Positions 21,777-32,489 of a DNA stretch of 64,000 nucleotides are shown piece after piece. The translations under genes and the position numbers were made by a program. Numbering within the stretch: position 1 is the first letter of the stretch; each line of letters begins with the position of its first letter. The stretch lies in sequence record MN101225.1, one strand, 5' to 3'. This DNA comes from Klebsiella phage KMI11. The notes beneath the pieces are model-generated. The model searched no databases, had not been told where the DNA came from, and worked only from the letters and a program-made list of their open reading frames with translations.

Positions 21777-23543
21777 TTATACTGCTGGATGAATAGTAAT
21801 ATCCAATGATTTAATACTAACAGGAACTTTTGATTCTTCTGAAGCAGCTCTATACACAATTTTGATTGCATCGCCAGACGAAAACTTAATAAGTTTCTTG
21901 GTTTTCAACAGTTTCTCGCCGGTTACTGCTTTAACACCTAGGCTATAAGTAAACACCTCAATGTTATTGACGAGAATAACAATTTGGACGGCTTTATCTG
22001 AATCAGAAGCTTCGATAACTGTATCAGTTTCTACACAAAATACGCCATCGTCATCAACAATAATATCATCAACAATACGAATGCCAGCATTAAATGAAGC
22101 AGCGACCAATGAGTTAGGATTTACCAATGCATCAGAACTTAAATCAACAGTGAAATCTTCTTTACTGAATTCACCTATTGATGAAGGCTTCTTAAACCAT
22201 TCGCCCCGTTTACGGAGGTATGCTCCATCTTGTTCTACGTCAGTAACTGCAGTAACAAATTTATCCTGTAATTCTACTACAGTGGCATACACACCATCCC
22301 GCTGAACCGGATTTTCTGATGAAAAATCACCGTTCATTTGAGTCTGCAATGTAAATACAGAACCCTTTAGGCCTTCACTGTTATTACCAAGTTCTACTTG
22401 AATGTCCTGGATAGCAGACTGCTGAGAGTTTTGCATCCCTTCAACATTGGTCATTCTCGCTAAAATTGACCCCGGAGGAATCGGCTGTCCGCCAGGAACA
22501 ATACCAACTTGCTGATTTATCCATGCTACTTGACCCTGAAGCCCTGATGAAGTATCACGTCCTACAACATCAGAAATGTATCCTTGGTCAGTTGAAAGAG
22601 AACTAATTTTTCCTTCAATAGTATCAGGCTTATCAGAAGACCCCAAACGAGCATCAATATTATTGACACGAGGAACTAACCCGGTTTGTGCAGAGTTAAG
22701 TGTTGCGTCAACTATACGATAATCGTTTTCTAATTTAGTAGTACGAGCTCCAATTTTTACCGGATTGGTAAAATCAATGGCCTGGTTAATAGCAAAGATT
22801 TCATTATTAGCTGCGGAAATAGCATCAGCGTTATTCACAAGCCTTGCATAAATTGAAGCTGACGTAGCTCCGGATTTAGGACCAACTTCTTTACGCAGGT
22901 CATTTACTTCAATAGTCAGAGAACCTACGTCTGAATCATTATATGCATCCTCTAGCGCTTGAATACGCTCGTCATGTTTTACTATAGCTGACGCGTTATT
23001 AATGATTCGGTATTTCATACCAGAACCTGGAGCGTCTTGCTTAGGCTGTCCGTTAACATCTTGCCCAGGATATGCCCCAATTTCCCGTTTAACCCAAACT
23101 ATATTATCACGAACTGTTCTGTAATAGTCATCTTTACTAGAATCATAAACACCTACATCCTCTTCGAGAAAATCAAGGTCAGTTCGAAGTTTTTCGGTGT
23201 CTTCTTCTAATTTAAGAATTTGTCCATCATGCTTTTCAATATTCTTTTTATTGATATAAACCTGCTCAATGGCGTCAGAAGAACCTGTAATTTCTAACGA
23301 TTTTTTGATTTGGTCTACATCTACTTGAATATTTTCTACAGCAGTTCCAACGTTGTTCAAATCGTTATGTACCTGAACCACATTTTTCTGAATCTGCACA
23401 GAAGCTCTATTCAGTTCTCCATCATTTCCATAGCGGGTTGAAGCCCCATTAAGAGGCTCTGTATTTTTTATCCAGTTAATTCTCTGTTGAAAATCGTCTG
23501 GAATTCCGTCTACAAACGGAAGCGAATCTACTAGTTTGGTCAT
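21777..23543 (-). CDS. wac: fibritin (whisker antigen control) with extended coiled coil
   Basis: 588 aa; N-terminal MT.LVD.LPFVDGIPDDFQQRINWIKN is fibritin-like; heptad-rich middle; sits between 13 and 12; about 100 aa longer than T4 fibritin (487 aa). Confidence 0.85.
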   Translation of the reverse strand: MTKLVDSLPFVDGIPDDFQQRINWIKNTEPLNGASTRYGNDGELNRASVQIQKNVVQVHNDLNNVGTAVENIQVDVDQIKKSLEITGSSDAIEQVYINKKNIEKHDGQILKLEEDTEKLRTDLDFLEEDVGVYDSSKDDYYRTVRDNIVWVKREIGAYPGQDVNGQPKQDAPGSGMKYRIINNASAIVKHDERIQALEDAYNDSDVGSLTIEVNDLRKEVGPKSGATSASIYARLVNNADAISAANNEIFAINQAIDFTNPVKIGARTTKLENDYRIVDATLNSAQTGLVPRVNNIDARLGSSDKPDTIEGKISSLSTDQGYISDVVGRDTSSGLQGQVAWINQQVGIVPGGQPIPPGSILARMTNVEGMQNSQQSAIQDIQVELGNNSEGLKGSVFTLQTQMNGDFSSENPVQRDGVYATVVELQDKFVTAVTDVEQDGAYLRKRGEWFKKPSSIGEFSKEDFTVDLSSDALVNPNSLVAASFNAGIRIVDDIIVDDDGVFCVETDTVIEASDSDKAVQIVILVNNIEVFTYSLGVKAVTGEKLLKTKKLIKFSSGDAIKIVYRAASEESKVPVSIKSLDITIHPAV

Positions 23544-23551
23544 ATTATTCC

Positions 23552-24898
23552 TTACGGTCTATTTGTACAGAATGTAAGCATGCAGTCATAAAATATAATA
23601 CGACTGTCTTCTGTTGGTCTTATTTGAACAGTGGCATTTGGAGGAATGTTATTGAAGAAAAAGTTGCTAGATGCGTAAGCTTCAAATCTCCATGAATGAC
23701 CATTTCGTCCGCCTTTAGTATTTTCGATGTTAAGAGTAAGTTCACCGCCCCATTGGGAACCGTTAACTATTAAAACAAATTTGAAAATACGATTGTCATA
23801 TCCGTCGTTGTTACGCTCAAATTTTACATTAACATTTAGAGCTAATCTACTAGAAGCTTCCCATGGTGCATTACATGTAAACGTTGCACCTCGACTAATC
23901 CAAGATTGTCCTTCAACCCAAGTAACATTACCTACTCTGGTTCCAGCTGGCATGTAACGCCCGTCAGATTCTTGTCTTGTATAACAATTAATATCATTAT
24001 TAGTAATTGTTATGTCATTGTCAAGAGTTTTTCCGTTTATTCTACGGGTTTTAAAAACAGCATCTGTTGCCGCAGCTGCCAGTGAAGCATCAGTAGTTGG
24101 AGAACCTGATAATCTGGTTAATCCATATTTATCCTTGGTGGATTTTAGCGCTTGAAGACTTTTTGGAGTAACAGCCAAATTGTTAGAAGTAGCTGAAGCC
24201 ACATCTGAGTCTTTAGCAAATTTTACTATACCAAATACACTGTCAGACGCTTTTGATGCCATGAAGGTTTTTGGAGTTACTGCGTATCCATCGTGAACAG
24301 CACCTGCTGCTACCTGGGCTTGGGTTGCGACACGAACTAATCCCAAGTTGCTTTCTGTCGCAGAGGTATAACTAGGAGGACTGACACTGAACTTTCCAAT
24401 CATTTCTACAACACGCTTAGGAGTTACTGCGGTAGTTTCGTCAGTTCCTGCTTGTGCTTGAGCCGCAGTAGTTAACCTAACAGTTCCATCTACGTTTTCT
24501 TGGGCTTTCACAGTTTTAAACACATGACCGAGAGCCGCCGCGGTAATAGTTCTATTTCCTGCAGTTAATGCTGCGGCTTCAGTATTAGTAGCATACCGTG
24601 TTAAGCCAAGAATTGCTGTAGTTGCTTCAGGACGGGTAACTGTGGATTTTAATGTAGCAGGAGTTACCGCAGCATTACCAATAGTTCCAGCATCAACTTC
24701 AGCCTGTGTTGCTGTGCGAATTACACCGGCTACTGTAGGAGATGCTACAGGTAATCCAGTATCAGTTCTTGCCCAGCTTCCAATCAGCGCTAGCGCTGAT
24801 TGGACGTCTTTTGTAGCAACTGGCCATTGTGTATTTGTTGGGTCAAATATCGTATATTTGGCCAAATCACTGTAGTGATTATAGTTATTCTGGGCCAT
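23552..24898 (-). CDS. 12: gp12 short tail fiber
   Basis: 448 aa; N-terminal MAQNNYNHYSDLAKYTIFDPTNTQWPVAT and A/T/G-rich repeat body; position between wac and 11. Confidence 0.85.
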   Translation of the reverse strand: MAQNNYNHYSDLAKYTIFDPTNTQWPVATKDVQSALALIGSWARTDTGLPVASPTVAGVIRTATQAEVDAGTIGNAAVTPATLKSTVTRPEATTAILGLTRYATNTEAAALTAGNRTITAAALGHVFKTVKAQENVDGTVRLTTAAQAQAGTDETTAVTPKRVVEMIGKFSVSPPSYTSATESNLGLVRVATQAQVAAGAVHDGYAVTPKTFMASKASDSVFGIVKFAKDSDVASATSNNLAVTPKSLQALKSTKDKYGLTRLSGSPTTDASLAAAATDAVFKTRRINGKTLDNDITITNNDINCYTRQESDGRYMPAGTRVGNVTWVEGQSWISRGATFTCNAPWEASSRLALNVNVKFERNNDGYDNRIFKFVLIVNGSQWGGELTLNIENTKGGRNGHSWRFEAYASSNFFFNNIPPNATVQIRPTEDSRIIFYDCMLTFCTNRP

Positions 24899-25569
24899 TA
24901 TCCCATCCTTCTAAAATAGTGGAATGTAAATGTGTTTGCACCGAAGGTTTTAGTTTCGTTACCAATAGCGTCCCATTGTCCATAACCCGCTTTAGCAGGT
25001 GAAGTAACAGTAAACTCAACAGTTAAACCATATTTTTTATATGTTTCAAAATTATGGTTCTGATAATCCAGATGAATAATATCAACATACTGAGGAGTTG
25101 CAGGTGATTGAGTAACCTGTTGAACCACCTTTCCAACAGCTTCTAATTCTTTTACCTTATCATACCACCTGGTAGCTACAGCTGCGAAGTCATCACCATT
25201 CGCAATTCTAATCGGCAATCCGAGAATATGAATTATTACTGGGTCACCATCAGAACCGTCTTCTTTAGGTTCTAACGAAACTACGCCTGAAAAAGTAGCA
25301 CGCGTAATTTGCTGTGCTGGTTGTGGAGATATTCCGGTGTCATTACAAATAATAGTTCCAATTTCTGCTGACTGTAATGACATTAAATCATTAATAGCAG
25401 CTTCTGCGTTTGGATACCAAACACCTAAATCCATTTGTTCAAAGGTTAGGCTCCCTATAGGAGCCTTATTTCCCACAGCGATATTCTGCGGGTCTACACG
25501 ATATTCTGAAAAAGCAGTTAATCTTGAATTAACTTTAGCTCCTTCACGAGTTTTAGTTTCAATAGTCAT
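24898..25569 (-). CDS. 11: gp11 baseplate wedge / short-fiber attachment protein
   Basis: 223 aa, size and position of T4 gp11 (219 aa), start/stop coupled to 10 and 12. Confidence 0.85.
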   Translation of the reverse strand: MTIETKTREGAKVNSRLTAFSEYRVDPQNIAVGNKAPIGSLTFEQMDLGVWYPNAEAAINDLMSLQSAEIGTIICNDTGISPQPAQQITRATFSGVVSLEPKEDGSDGDPVIIHILGLPIRIANGDDFAAVATRWYDKVKELEAVGKVVQQVTQSPATPQYVDIIHLDYQNHNFETYKKYGLTVEFTVTSPAKAGYGQWDAIGNETKTFGANTFTFHYFRRMG

Positions 25570-25570
25570 T

Positions 25571-27394
25571 TTAACCTACCCTAATCCAACGATAAACGGT
25601 GATTGTTGGCTGAATTTTAGTGATGTCATTTGGAACTACACCATTGTTTACTGCAACAGTGTCTTCACGGTATTTAGAATAACCTGGACCTTGTGCATCT
25701 GGGTCTAATTGACATCCGCCAATAACTACGCTGCCATGTTCAGGGTCTGAAATTAGAACTTTGTCCCTTGACATTAACTCAGGAATGTGTTCTTTTCCTA
25801 ATGTAAATGTCAAATCACCAACTGTTCCACCTGCTGTTAACGATGGTTGCCCGTTTTCGTTTAGGTTATTATTGTTACGCGCAAAATAAGGGTCAGATGA
25901 ATCATTATTCCAACCCGCAGTAACACGACCCTGAGAGTAAAGCTTCCATACACCAAATCCCATGTAATCGGCAGGGTTTGCATGGTTATGAGCGTTTTCA
26001 TAAATCGTACCAATCGGATAAATTACGTCAAAGAATGCTGCAATGTTATTGACTTTAATCATAACATCATCAGCGACAGGACGCATATTTTTCTGATTTG
26101 GTTCATCATAGTTAGTGTATTCAATGCGATTTTTTAGAGTTACTAATTGCTCAGCATTCATATACACTTGGTCGGTTTCTGCCATGATATCATCGATGTT
26201 CATAGTAGTACCGATGTTGTTGTTGAACCAACGAACAGTAAGAAGGTCTTTATCCTCGAACGCTTCGCCAAAAATAATAGCTTCTACGTTAATACCAGTC
26301 GAGTCAAATTCCAGTCTGTAATCTTGGTTAGAATTTACCCATTGACCACCGTTGTTTATACAGTCTTCTGCATATCCGCCTTCCGCGCCTTCACAATAAA
26401 ATAAAGGAAGACCTGCAGTTCCAGCTTCGAGTAATTCCTTTCCGTTCAATGAAATTTCAAGCGAGTTAGGATTTACCCCTACGCCTGGAAGTACACCCAT
26501 GTCATCCAGAGTGATTCTGCGGAGAGTAGCAAGGTTATCTACTATCATTGACCCAGGAATCGTCTGGGATGCAGTCTGGGCTGAATCTCGTATCTGGATA
26601 GCTAACTTGTTGTATGAAGAACGATATACACCAATTCCATCTAAGAAGGTTTCAAATGTTATCACTTCCCCTTCAACACATGGAACTTTTAAACGAATGT
26701 CTTTACCGTTTAATTCTACCAATTGACCCGCTACCGTTCCAGGAGAACCGTAATCAGCATTGGCTTTATCCATAACGCTGGTTTCACCGTAATATAAAAT
26801 ATTACCACGACGATATACATTAAGCGAGTCTTCGTTATATTCTACGCCATCAAAAATGTTAAGAAAGTCAGTCTGACCCGCAGTAGCAATAATTGATTTT
26901 TTCGCTACAGTACTTAAGTTACCATTAGTTAGCTTATCTACAGTTTTATTTTCAATATATTCCCAGCGGCCAGGGGCGCAATAAACCAATTCCAAATCTT
27001 GGAAGTTAGTATTGAAAATTTTAGGAGAAGCTGAACCTTTTAATGTATCGCCTTGAGCAGGAATAACTGTGATTGGGCTTAATCGCCAGGTTGACCAAAC
27101 ATCACGAAGTTTAATAACTTTGTTATAGTCGTTGGCTGTACCCTTTGGAAGCTGAACGTTAACTCTTGCTGCCTGGGTATTAATAGCAAAGGCCTGACCA
27201 AACTTAGCATTTAAAGTAGTTCCAGTAGGGCTAGCTTTAAAAGTTTTCCATGCACCTGCTGCGAATGGAACTGAACCATCACCTAACTCTGAATATAAAT
27301 CATCAAAGTTGTTATTAATTTTAAGACCACCTTTACGGAGGTAATCACCAGACCCATCATCTACTGATTGGCCTACTATCAAATTTTGTTTCAT
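25571..27394 (-). CDS. 10: gp10 baseplate wedge protein
   Basis: 607 aa versus T4 gp10 602 aa; position. Confidence 0.85.
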   Translation of the reverse strand: MKQNLIVGQSVDDGSGDYLRKGGLKINNNFDDLYSELGDGSVPFAAGAWKTFKASPTGTTLNAKFGQAFAINTQAARVNVQLPKGTANDYNKVIKLRDVWSTWRLSPITVIPAQGDTLKGSASPKIFNTNFQDLELVYCAPGRWEYIENKTVDKLTNGNLSTVAKKSIIATAGQTDFLNIFDGVEYNEDSLNVYRRGNILYYGETSVMDKANADYGSPGTVAGQLVELNGKDIRLKVPCVEGEVITFETFLDGIGVYRSSYNKLAIQIRDSAQTASQTIPGSMIVDNLATLRRITLDDMGVLPGVGVNPNSLEISLNGKELLEAGTAGLPLFYCEGAEGGYAEDCINNGGQWVNSNQDYRLEFDSTGINVEAIIFGEAFEDKDLLTVRWFNNNIGTTMNIDDIMAETDQVYMNAEQLVTLKNRIEYTNYDEPNQKNMRPVADDVMIKVNNIAAFFDVIYPIGTIYENAHNHANPADYMGFGVWKLYSQGRVTAGWNNDSSDPYFARNNNNLNENGQPSLTAGGTVGDLTFTLGKEHIPELMSRDKVLISDPEHGSVVIGGCQLDPDAQGPGYSKYREDTVAVNNGVVPNDITKIQPTITVYRWIRVG

Positions 27395-28305
27395 TATTGA
27401 GATACCCCTACGGTCTGTGTAGCAATAACTTTAACTGCCAAACGTGCGTTTCCATAAGATGTTGAAGCTGTGCATATTAAATCTTTCTGCGCGTTAATAG
27501 AGTATGAAATAGAATACATCTTTTCATTTTCAGATGATTCACCGCTTCTTAACACTGCATATTCAGTGTCAAATACTCTTCCGTTTGGCGCTGATGAAGT
27601 AATAGTCGGATCAATCATAAGCATAACTTCAGATGATTGCCTTTTGATGGTTTGACCACCCGGATTTGCACTGAAGCTTAATAACAATTTAACGGTGGAG
27701 TAATCATCATTATATCCAATGCGGATATTAATAGGAGAACTTGTTAAATTATATGTAGCTTCTAATGGCGAATATGTGCTGCCAAACATACTTGAAATTG
27801 AATAATCCCAAACAGCAGCACCGTTAGCTTTTACCTCAACACACCATAGCTCAATTCTGCATCTTGGGGTATTAATAACTAACTCTCGCGATCCATCTTT
27901 AAATGCATCTGCTACGCCTTCACCATTTGTTGTTATTTTTATGGGTCTAGCTTTTGACGCTGATCCATTACTATTTACAATGAATACAGCTTCTCCCGCT
28001 TTACCCTTTGAAAGACGTATTTGAACTGCACCTTCTGAACAATCTGCGTCTAAACATGCTCCCATTGGAACTGTTCCTGCAGAGTTAGCATCACCAAATT
28101 TTACCTTTTGATAATAGCTTGTTGCATGAATTTTTTGACTTCCTTTTCCAGACCCTGCAGCAAATAACCTTTGATCTCCAAATGCGTTATAAATGGCGTC
28201 ATAGTTTTGATTTATTTTGACGCCGCCAGCATATAAAATGTCGCCCGTAGAAGCATTACCTACTTCACCGACGTCAATAACCTTTTTACCTTCATCTACA
28301 TACAT
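27394..28305 (-). CDS. 9: gp9 baseplate socket (long tail fiber attachment)
   Basis: 303 aa versus T4 gp9 288 aa; position. Confidence 0.8.
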   Translation of the reverse strand: MYVDEGKKVIDVGEVGNASTGDILYAGGVKINQNYDAIYNAFGDQRLFAAGSGKGSQKIHATSYYQKVKFGDANSAGTVPMGACLDADCSEGAVQIRLSKGKAGEAVFIVNSNGSASKARPIKITTNGEGVADAFKDGSRELVINTPRCRIELWCVEVKANGAAVWDYSISSMFGSTYSPLEATYNLTSSPINIRIGYNDDYSTVKLLLSFSANPGGQTIKRQSSEVMLMIDPTITSSAPNGRVFDTEYAVLRSGESSENEKMYSISYSINAQKDLICTASTSYGNARLAVKVIATQTVGVSQ

Positions 28306-28334
28306 AGTAGTAACCTCTTATCAAAGTATAGTCC

Positions 28335-28342
28335 TATTTATA
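28335..28342 (-). promoter_or_regulatory. late promoter TATAAATA upstream of gene 9
   Basis: TATTTATA on plus strand, 30 nt upstream of the gp9 start. Confidence 0.6.
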
Positions 28343-28349
28343 TAAAAAT

Positions 28350-28368
28350 GGGGAGCCGAAGGCTCCCC
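28350..28368. terminator. UUCG-tetraloop hairpin between 8 and 9 (GGGGAGCC-GAAG/UUCG-GGCUCCCC)
   Basis: 8-bp GC stem. Confidence 0.6.
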
Positions 28369-28372
28369 ATAA

Positions 28373-29401
28373 TTAAAACTCGAAAATTAAGTTTAATTCT
28401 TCCGTTTGGTCCATTGAACGAATAATAGGTTGCCGATTTTCCATGTAAATCATTTCACCTGACTGTCTTTCAAGACCAGAAGCACTATACCAGCCTTTTT
28501 CAGCCTTAACGTTAGGAGAATTTGGCATTGGCTTAACTTCAAGCGGATTAGTTATAATTGATAGCTGTCTAAATCCGGTATTTCCTGGAAGACTGAACTC
28601 CGGAAAATAAACCGCATCAAGATACGCTTTAAATCTAATCGTATTACACTTCATACGATAGATTAGGTTAAAGTCGTTTTGTTGCCAAGTTAAGTTGTTT
28701 TGAAATCCCCATCGAGCTGGAGATTCTTGAATCTCTTCTGGCCAAGGAACTACAATATATTCATTTGTGCATCTATTGATTGATACATCAGCTGGGATTT
28801 CATATAGATATTCCCAAAGATATCCATCACCTAAATCGACAGTACCATTTGCATCACCACGACCACGAGGAGCTGAACCTGAAATAGCTGATGGTGTCCA
28901 TTTACCCCCAAGCTTAATACATTCGTCTTTGCTTGTAAGATTTCCAATTGAACACATTCCGTCTTTTGGAACATCAATACATCTATATACCATCCATCCA
29001 AATCCAGCGTCAGTTCTGTTATATGGCGCAGAGTTAGCAACAACAATGTCGCCAATCAAAAATGTACGCGGGTTAGGATATCTAGTATCACCCCAGTCTC
29101 TTCTTGGAACAACACAATCAAGCATTGATGATTCAATTTTGACCGCGCCCATCATATTTGTCCAAACATCAACCACACCGTCTTCATTATCGGCCGGGTA
29201 TGGAGGTGCAAATCCGGGTTCAGATTCGTTATCTGACCACGGAGTGCTTTTACCAAATGAAACATACAACGTGTTTTGGTCCGTTCCCGGACCAATTGAT
29301 TTATAAAATGTGTACATCTTTTCAGTTCTAAACTTAGATGTAATGATAGCACGATAAATCGTGCTACGCGTTGAACTTGCTCTTGTTGAATTACTCATCA
29401 A
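28373..29401 (-). CDS. 8: gp8 baseplate wedge protein
   Basis: 342 aa versus T4 gp8 334 aa; position. Confidence 0.85.
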   Translation of the reverse strand: MMSNSTRASSTRSTIYRAIITSKFRTEKMYTFYKSIGPGTDQNTLYVSFGKSTPWSDNESEPGFAPPYPADNEDGVVDVWTNMMGAVKIESSMLDCVVPRRDWGDTRYPNPRTFLIGDIVVANSAPYNRTDAGFGWMVYRCIDVPKDGMCSIGNLTSKDECIKLGGKWTPSAISGSAPRGRGDANGTVDLGDGYLWEYLYEIPADVSINRCTNEYIVVPWPEEIQESPARWGFQNNLTWQQNDFNLIYRMKCNTIRFKAYLDAVYFPEFSLPGNTGFRQLSIITNPLEVKPMPNSPNVKAEKGWYSASGLERQSGEMIYMENRQPIIRSMDQTEELNLIFEF

Positions 29402-32400
29402 TTTTTACCTGTGTCGGATTTTCAGGATCGCGAGGATTACCTGCATCGTCTTTAAGACGTTGGTTAACTAAATCGCGATAATTAGCAAACGTTACTGCTG
29501 ATTGGTCAAACGTAGGACTTAACGGTTTACGTCGTTGTCCAGGGTTTTGTCCAGCGATAACACTATTGTTATTTTCTTGATTATAGTTAGCAGGTAACGG
29601 GAAAGGTTCACCAGCTTGAGTCCGTGAAGAATACCTAGGCTCATTGGTTATTGGGTCTCTTTCTATTGTATCATCTGAAGCGATAATAGCAACTCTATCA
29701 GGATAAACTGATGGCAGTCCTGCATCCCATTTATAGTTCTTGAGTTTATTTATGATAGTCTCAACATGCTTCATATTTAAGCCACTATTGATAAACATTG
29801 TCAGCAATGTTATACCAATGAAACCGAAACCTACCGGATGAACAAACCTTAATACATCGTCGCGGAAACGAGAAGTAGGAAGCTGAGACTTAATTTTCAT
29901 AACATAGTAAGAACGGCTGCGGTTTATATAATCAATGTTATTACTCAACATATCCTTTCCGCGGACACCTTGAACTATAATACCCTCAAAGTCCGTACGC
30001 TCTGATTTAATTTCCTGGCCTTCAATGAACCGTCCTGATAAGTTATGAATAGTAATACGCCATAACAGACGACCATCCCAGTATTCTCTCTCGATATAAG
30101 TCACATTGCTACGACCGGAAGCAGTATAAATCGTACGACCAACTAAATCGTCAGAAATATTTGTGCTTTCAACAATAATGTCATATTCGGTAGTGTTCTT
30201 TGACTCAATATCGATTTCAACATCTTCGTTATAAAGAAGCTTAAACAGGAACTTATATGAGTCTTCAATTCCTTTAGTAGCATAGAAATCATTCTTGCGT
30301 GCTTCAAAGAAACGGACGACAGCGTCACGAGCGTCTTTACTCAGATAAATGTTGCGTTTATAAACTTCTGACCACAGATATTCCCATGCATTTTCTTCGC
30401 GAGGATATTTGTTCTTAACAAGATTAACGAGACTGTTGTAATGTGTTCCATTTCCATCTGAAAGGAATTGGAGATAGTACTTACAAAAGTGTTCAAAATT
30501 ACTATCTTGTAGCAAGTAACTATCCGGCATCATTTTAGTAAGATACGGACGTAAATCTGGGTCACGTAAGCCTGGAGTATGTTCAGGTGTCCAGTCTTCT
30601 TCCCGTGTTTGGTTCTGTAGAAATGCCTTAAACATTACATCAGTTGGTTTCCAGTTAAGCGTTACCTGGTCACGAACACGGTAGTCAAATGCGTAATAGC
30701 CTATCAGTTTTCCGTCTGGTTCGTGAAACATGATGCCAGAAGCATACTGCAAAAATCCATTAAATGAAACTGGAGGGCAATAAAACGTTGCGTCACCTTT
30801 ATCCCACACTTCCGATAGAATACGCTCGGTAGTTCCCTGCGCCGCTGCATCTACTCTTTTTTGATAAAGAATATCATTATAAATGACAACTGCATGGTCA
30901 GCTGTACTTATCCAGCATCTGTTGCCTTCACGAGCCATCCAGACAAACCAAGGTTCAGCATAAAACCTCATAGGTCCAGGAACAAATGTTTCCCATCTTG
31001 AAAATTCATCTGCTCTGAAACTCATCATGTGATAATGCTTATCAGAGTGATACTGAATTGGGTTAACATTTTTAACTGCGGTAGAAATTAGTTCTGGATA
31101 TTTCGTCTCAAGCTCAATATCCTGAGCGTACTCTGTTGTCTTAAAATTAGCTGATGAAAAGAATATTTCCTTTCCGTCAGTTGACATAGAAGTCCATAAA
31201 TGCTCTATACGACGTTTTTCTTCATCTGTATTACCGAATACACGTTTCCATTTATTTGTGTCTTCCTGGTAAACATAGACGCCTTTAGTTGCAGAATCCA
31301 CAACGTTCCTTGGGTCTGTTGGGTCTAATCCTAAGGTTTTAACTTCCCCGGTAATAAGGGCAAAGATTTTGCCTCCAACGGAATCCATTTTAAAGCATAC
31401 AGATTTAGGATTGCCTGTTATATGAGATACTTCCTTTTCAAACACCTTTTCACCAAATGTAGGACTTAAAGGGTCAGTATCTATTGGAGCATCTTTTAAT
31501 TTAACTTTACGGACAGTGTCTTTTGCAACAACGTACAAATAGTCATCATTACATGTAAACGCTTCAGCATATTTGGTAACGTCAGCGGGCAATGATGCAT
31601 ACGTTCCGAATAACTCTACTTCAAAGCCAAGCTTTAACTGGTCTCCCAATTTAGCAAATGTAACTTCGTTATCGCTAAACTTAACCTCGTTTGATGACCA
31701 GCGTACGTCAGATGATTTCCTTCCGTAAAAGATTTTATCATATCCTAAAACATAAGAAGTAGTTTTAGATTGATAAATGACTACTCGTGAAACCGGATTT
31801 CCGACGCGGTCATTAAATAACTGAACGTATTGCCAATTCTGTCCTTTGTCATTTGATACTTTAACCATATGTTGGAATCTTTCAAACAGATACAAAATTC
31901 CGTCTATTTCTCCCAGCATAGTTCTATTTTTATCAACACACACTGCTTCAATAGGTCCCTGAATTTCATGATATCCAGATTCACCTACAACGAAGTTTTC
32001 GATAGCTGATAAATGAGAATATTCAGGACTAAACTGAAAAGACTCAGTCATCAAAGACGCCATCATGGCAGATGTGTTGAAGTTAACATACGACATGTTG
32101 TTTAAAGAAAACTTCTGTTTAATGAATTCTTTCACTAAACTGAATTCTTGCATATGCTCAAATGTGTATGCGTTTTCTTCAAAAGTTTGGAACTCTTCTG
32201 TTTCAACCCATTCAGACGGTTCAAATCCTGCTGACGTAGTTTGAACACGCATTTTATAATAAGTAAGCGGTTCAATACGATTTTGTTCGAACCAATCATT
32301 ATCCGCGGTATAACCCAGTGAAGACCAACTCAAGTTATCAGCGGGGATAATTTCCCCCGCTCTGTTTCGAGTTTCGGCCAGTTCTACAAAATAGTAGAAG

Positions 32401-32489
32401 TTTGCACCAACGTCATCCCAACGAATATTGACCTGATTCGCAGATAGCTTATGAATTCGTAAGCTGGTGACGAACGGTGCAATTGTCAT
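29391..32489 (-). CDS. 7: gp7 baseplate wedge initiator
   Basis: 1032 aa, the same length as T4 gp7; position. Confidence 0.88.
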   Translation of the reverse strand: MTIAPFVTSLRIHKLSANQVNIRWDDVGANFYYFVELAETRNRAGEIIPADNLSWSSLGYTADNDWFEQNRIEPLTYYKMRVQTTSAGFEPSEWVETEEFQTFEENAYTFEHMQEFSLVKEFIKQKFSLNNMSYVNFNTSAMMASLMTESFQFSPEYSHLSAIENFVVGESGYHEIQGPIEAVCVDKNRTMLGEIDGILYLFERFQHMVKVSNDKGQNWQYVQLFNDRVGNPVSRVVIYQSKTTSYVLGYDKIFYGRKSSDVRWSSNEVKFSDNEVTFAKLGDQLKLGFEVELFGTYASLPADVTKYAEAFTCNDDYLYVVAKDTVRKVKLKDAPIDTDPLSPTFGEKVFEKEVSHITGNPKSVCFKMDSVGGKIFALITGEVKTLGLDPTDPRNVVDSATKGVYVYQEDTNKWKRVFGNTDEEKRRIEHLWTSMSTDGKEIFFSSANFKTTEYAQDIELETKYPELISTAVKNVNPIQYHSDKHYHMMSFRADEFSRWETFVPGPMRFYAEPWFVWMAREGNRCWISTADHAVVIYNDILYQKRVDAAAQGTTERILSEVWDKGDATFYCPPVSFNGFLQYASGIMFHEPDGKLIGYYAFDYRVRDQVTLNWKPTDVMFKAFLQNQTREEDWTPEHTPGLRDPDLRPYLTKMMPDSYLLQDSNFEHFCKYYLQFLSDGNGTHYNSLVNLVKNKYPREENAWEYLWSEVYKRNIYLSKDARDAVVRFFEARKNDFYATKGIEDSYKFLFKLLYNEDVEIDIESKNTTEYDIIVESTNISDDLVGRTIYTASGRSNVTYIEREYWDGRLLWRITIHNLSGRFIEGQEIKSERTDFEGIIVQGVRGKDMLSNNIDYINRSRSYYVMKIKSQLPTSRFRDDVLRFVHPVGFGFIGITLLTMFINSGLNMKHVETIINKLKNYKWDAGLPSVYPDRVAIIASDDTIERDPITNEPRYSSRTQAGEPFPLPANYNQENNNSVIAGQNPGQRRKPLSPTFDQSAVTFANYRDLVNQRLKDDAGNPRDPENPTQVKIDE

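Noticed and set aside
21777-24898. Size differences of wac (588 versus 487 aa) and gp12 (448 versus 527 aa) relative to T4 as evidence of domain swaps
   Set aside because: Fibritin coiled-coil length and short-fiber repeat number vary routinely among T4-like phages, so this is not treated as a distinct finding.
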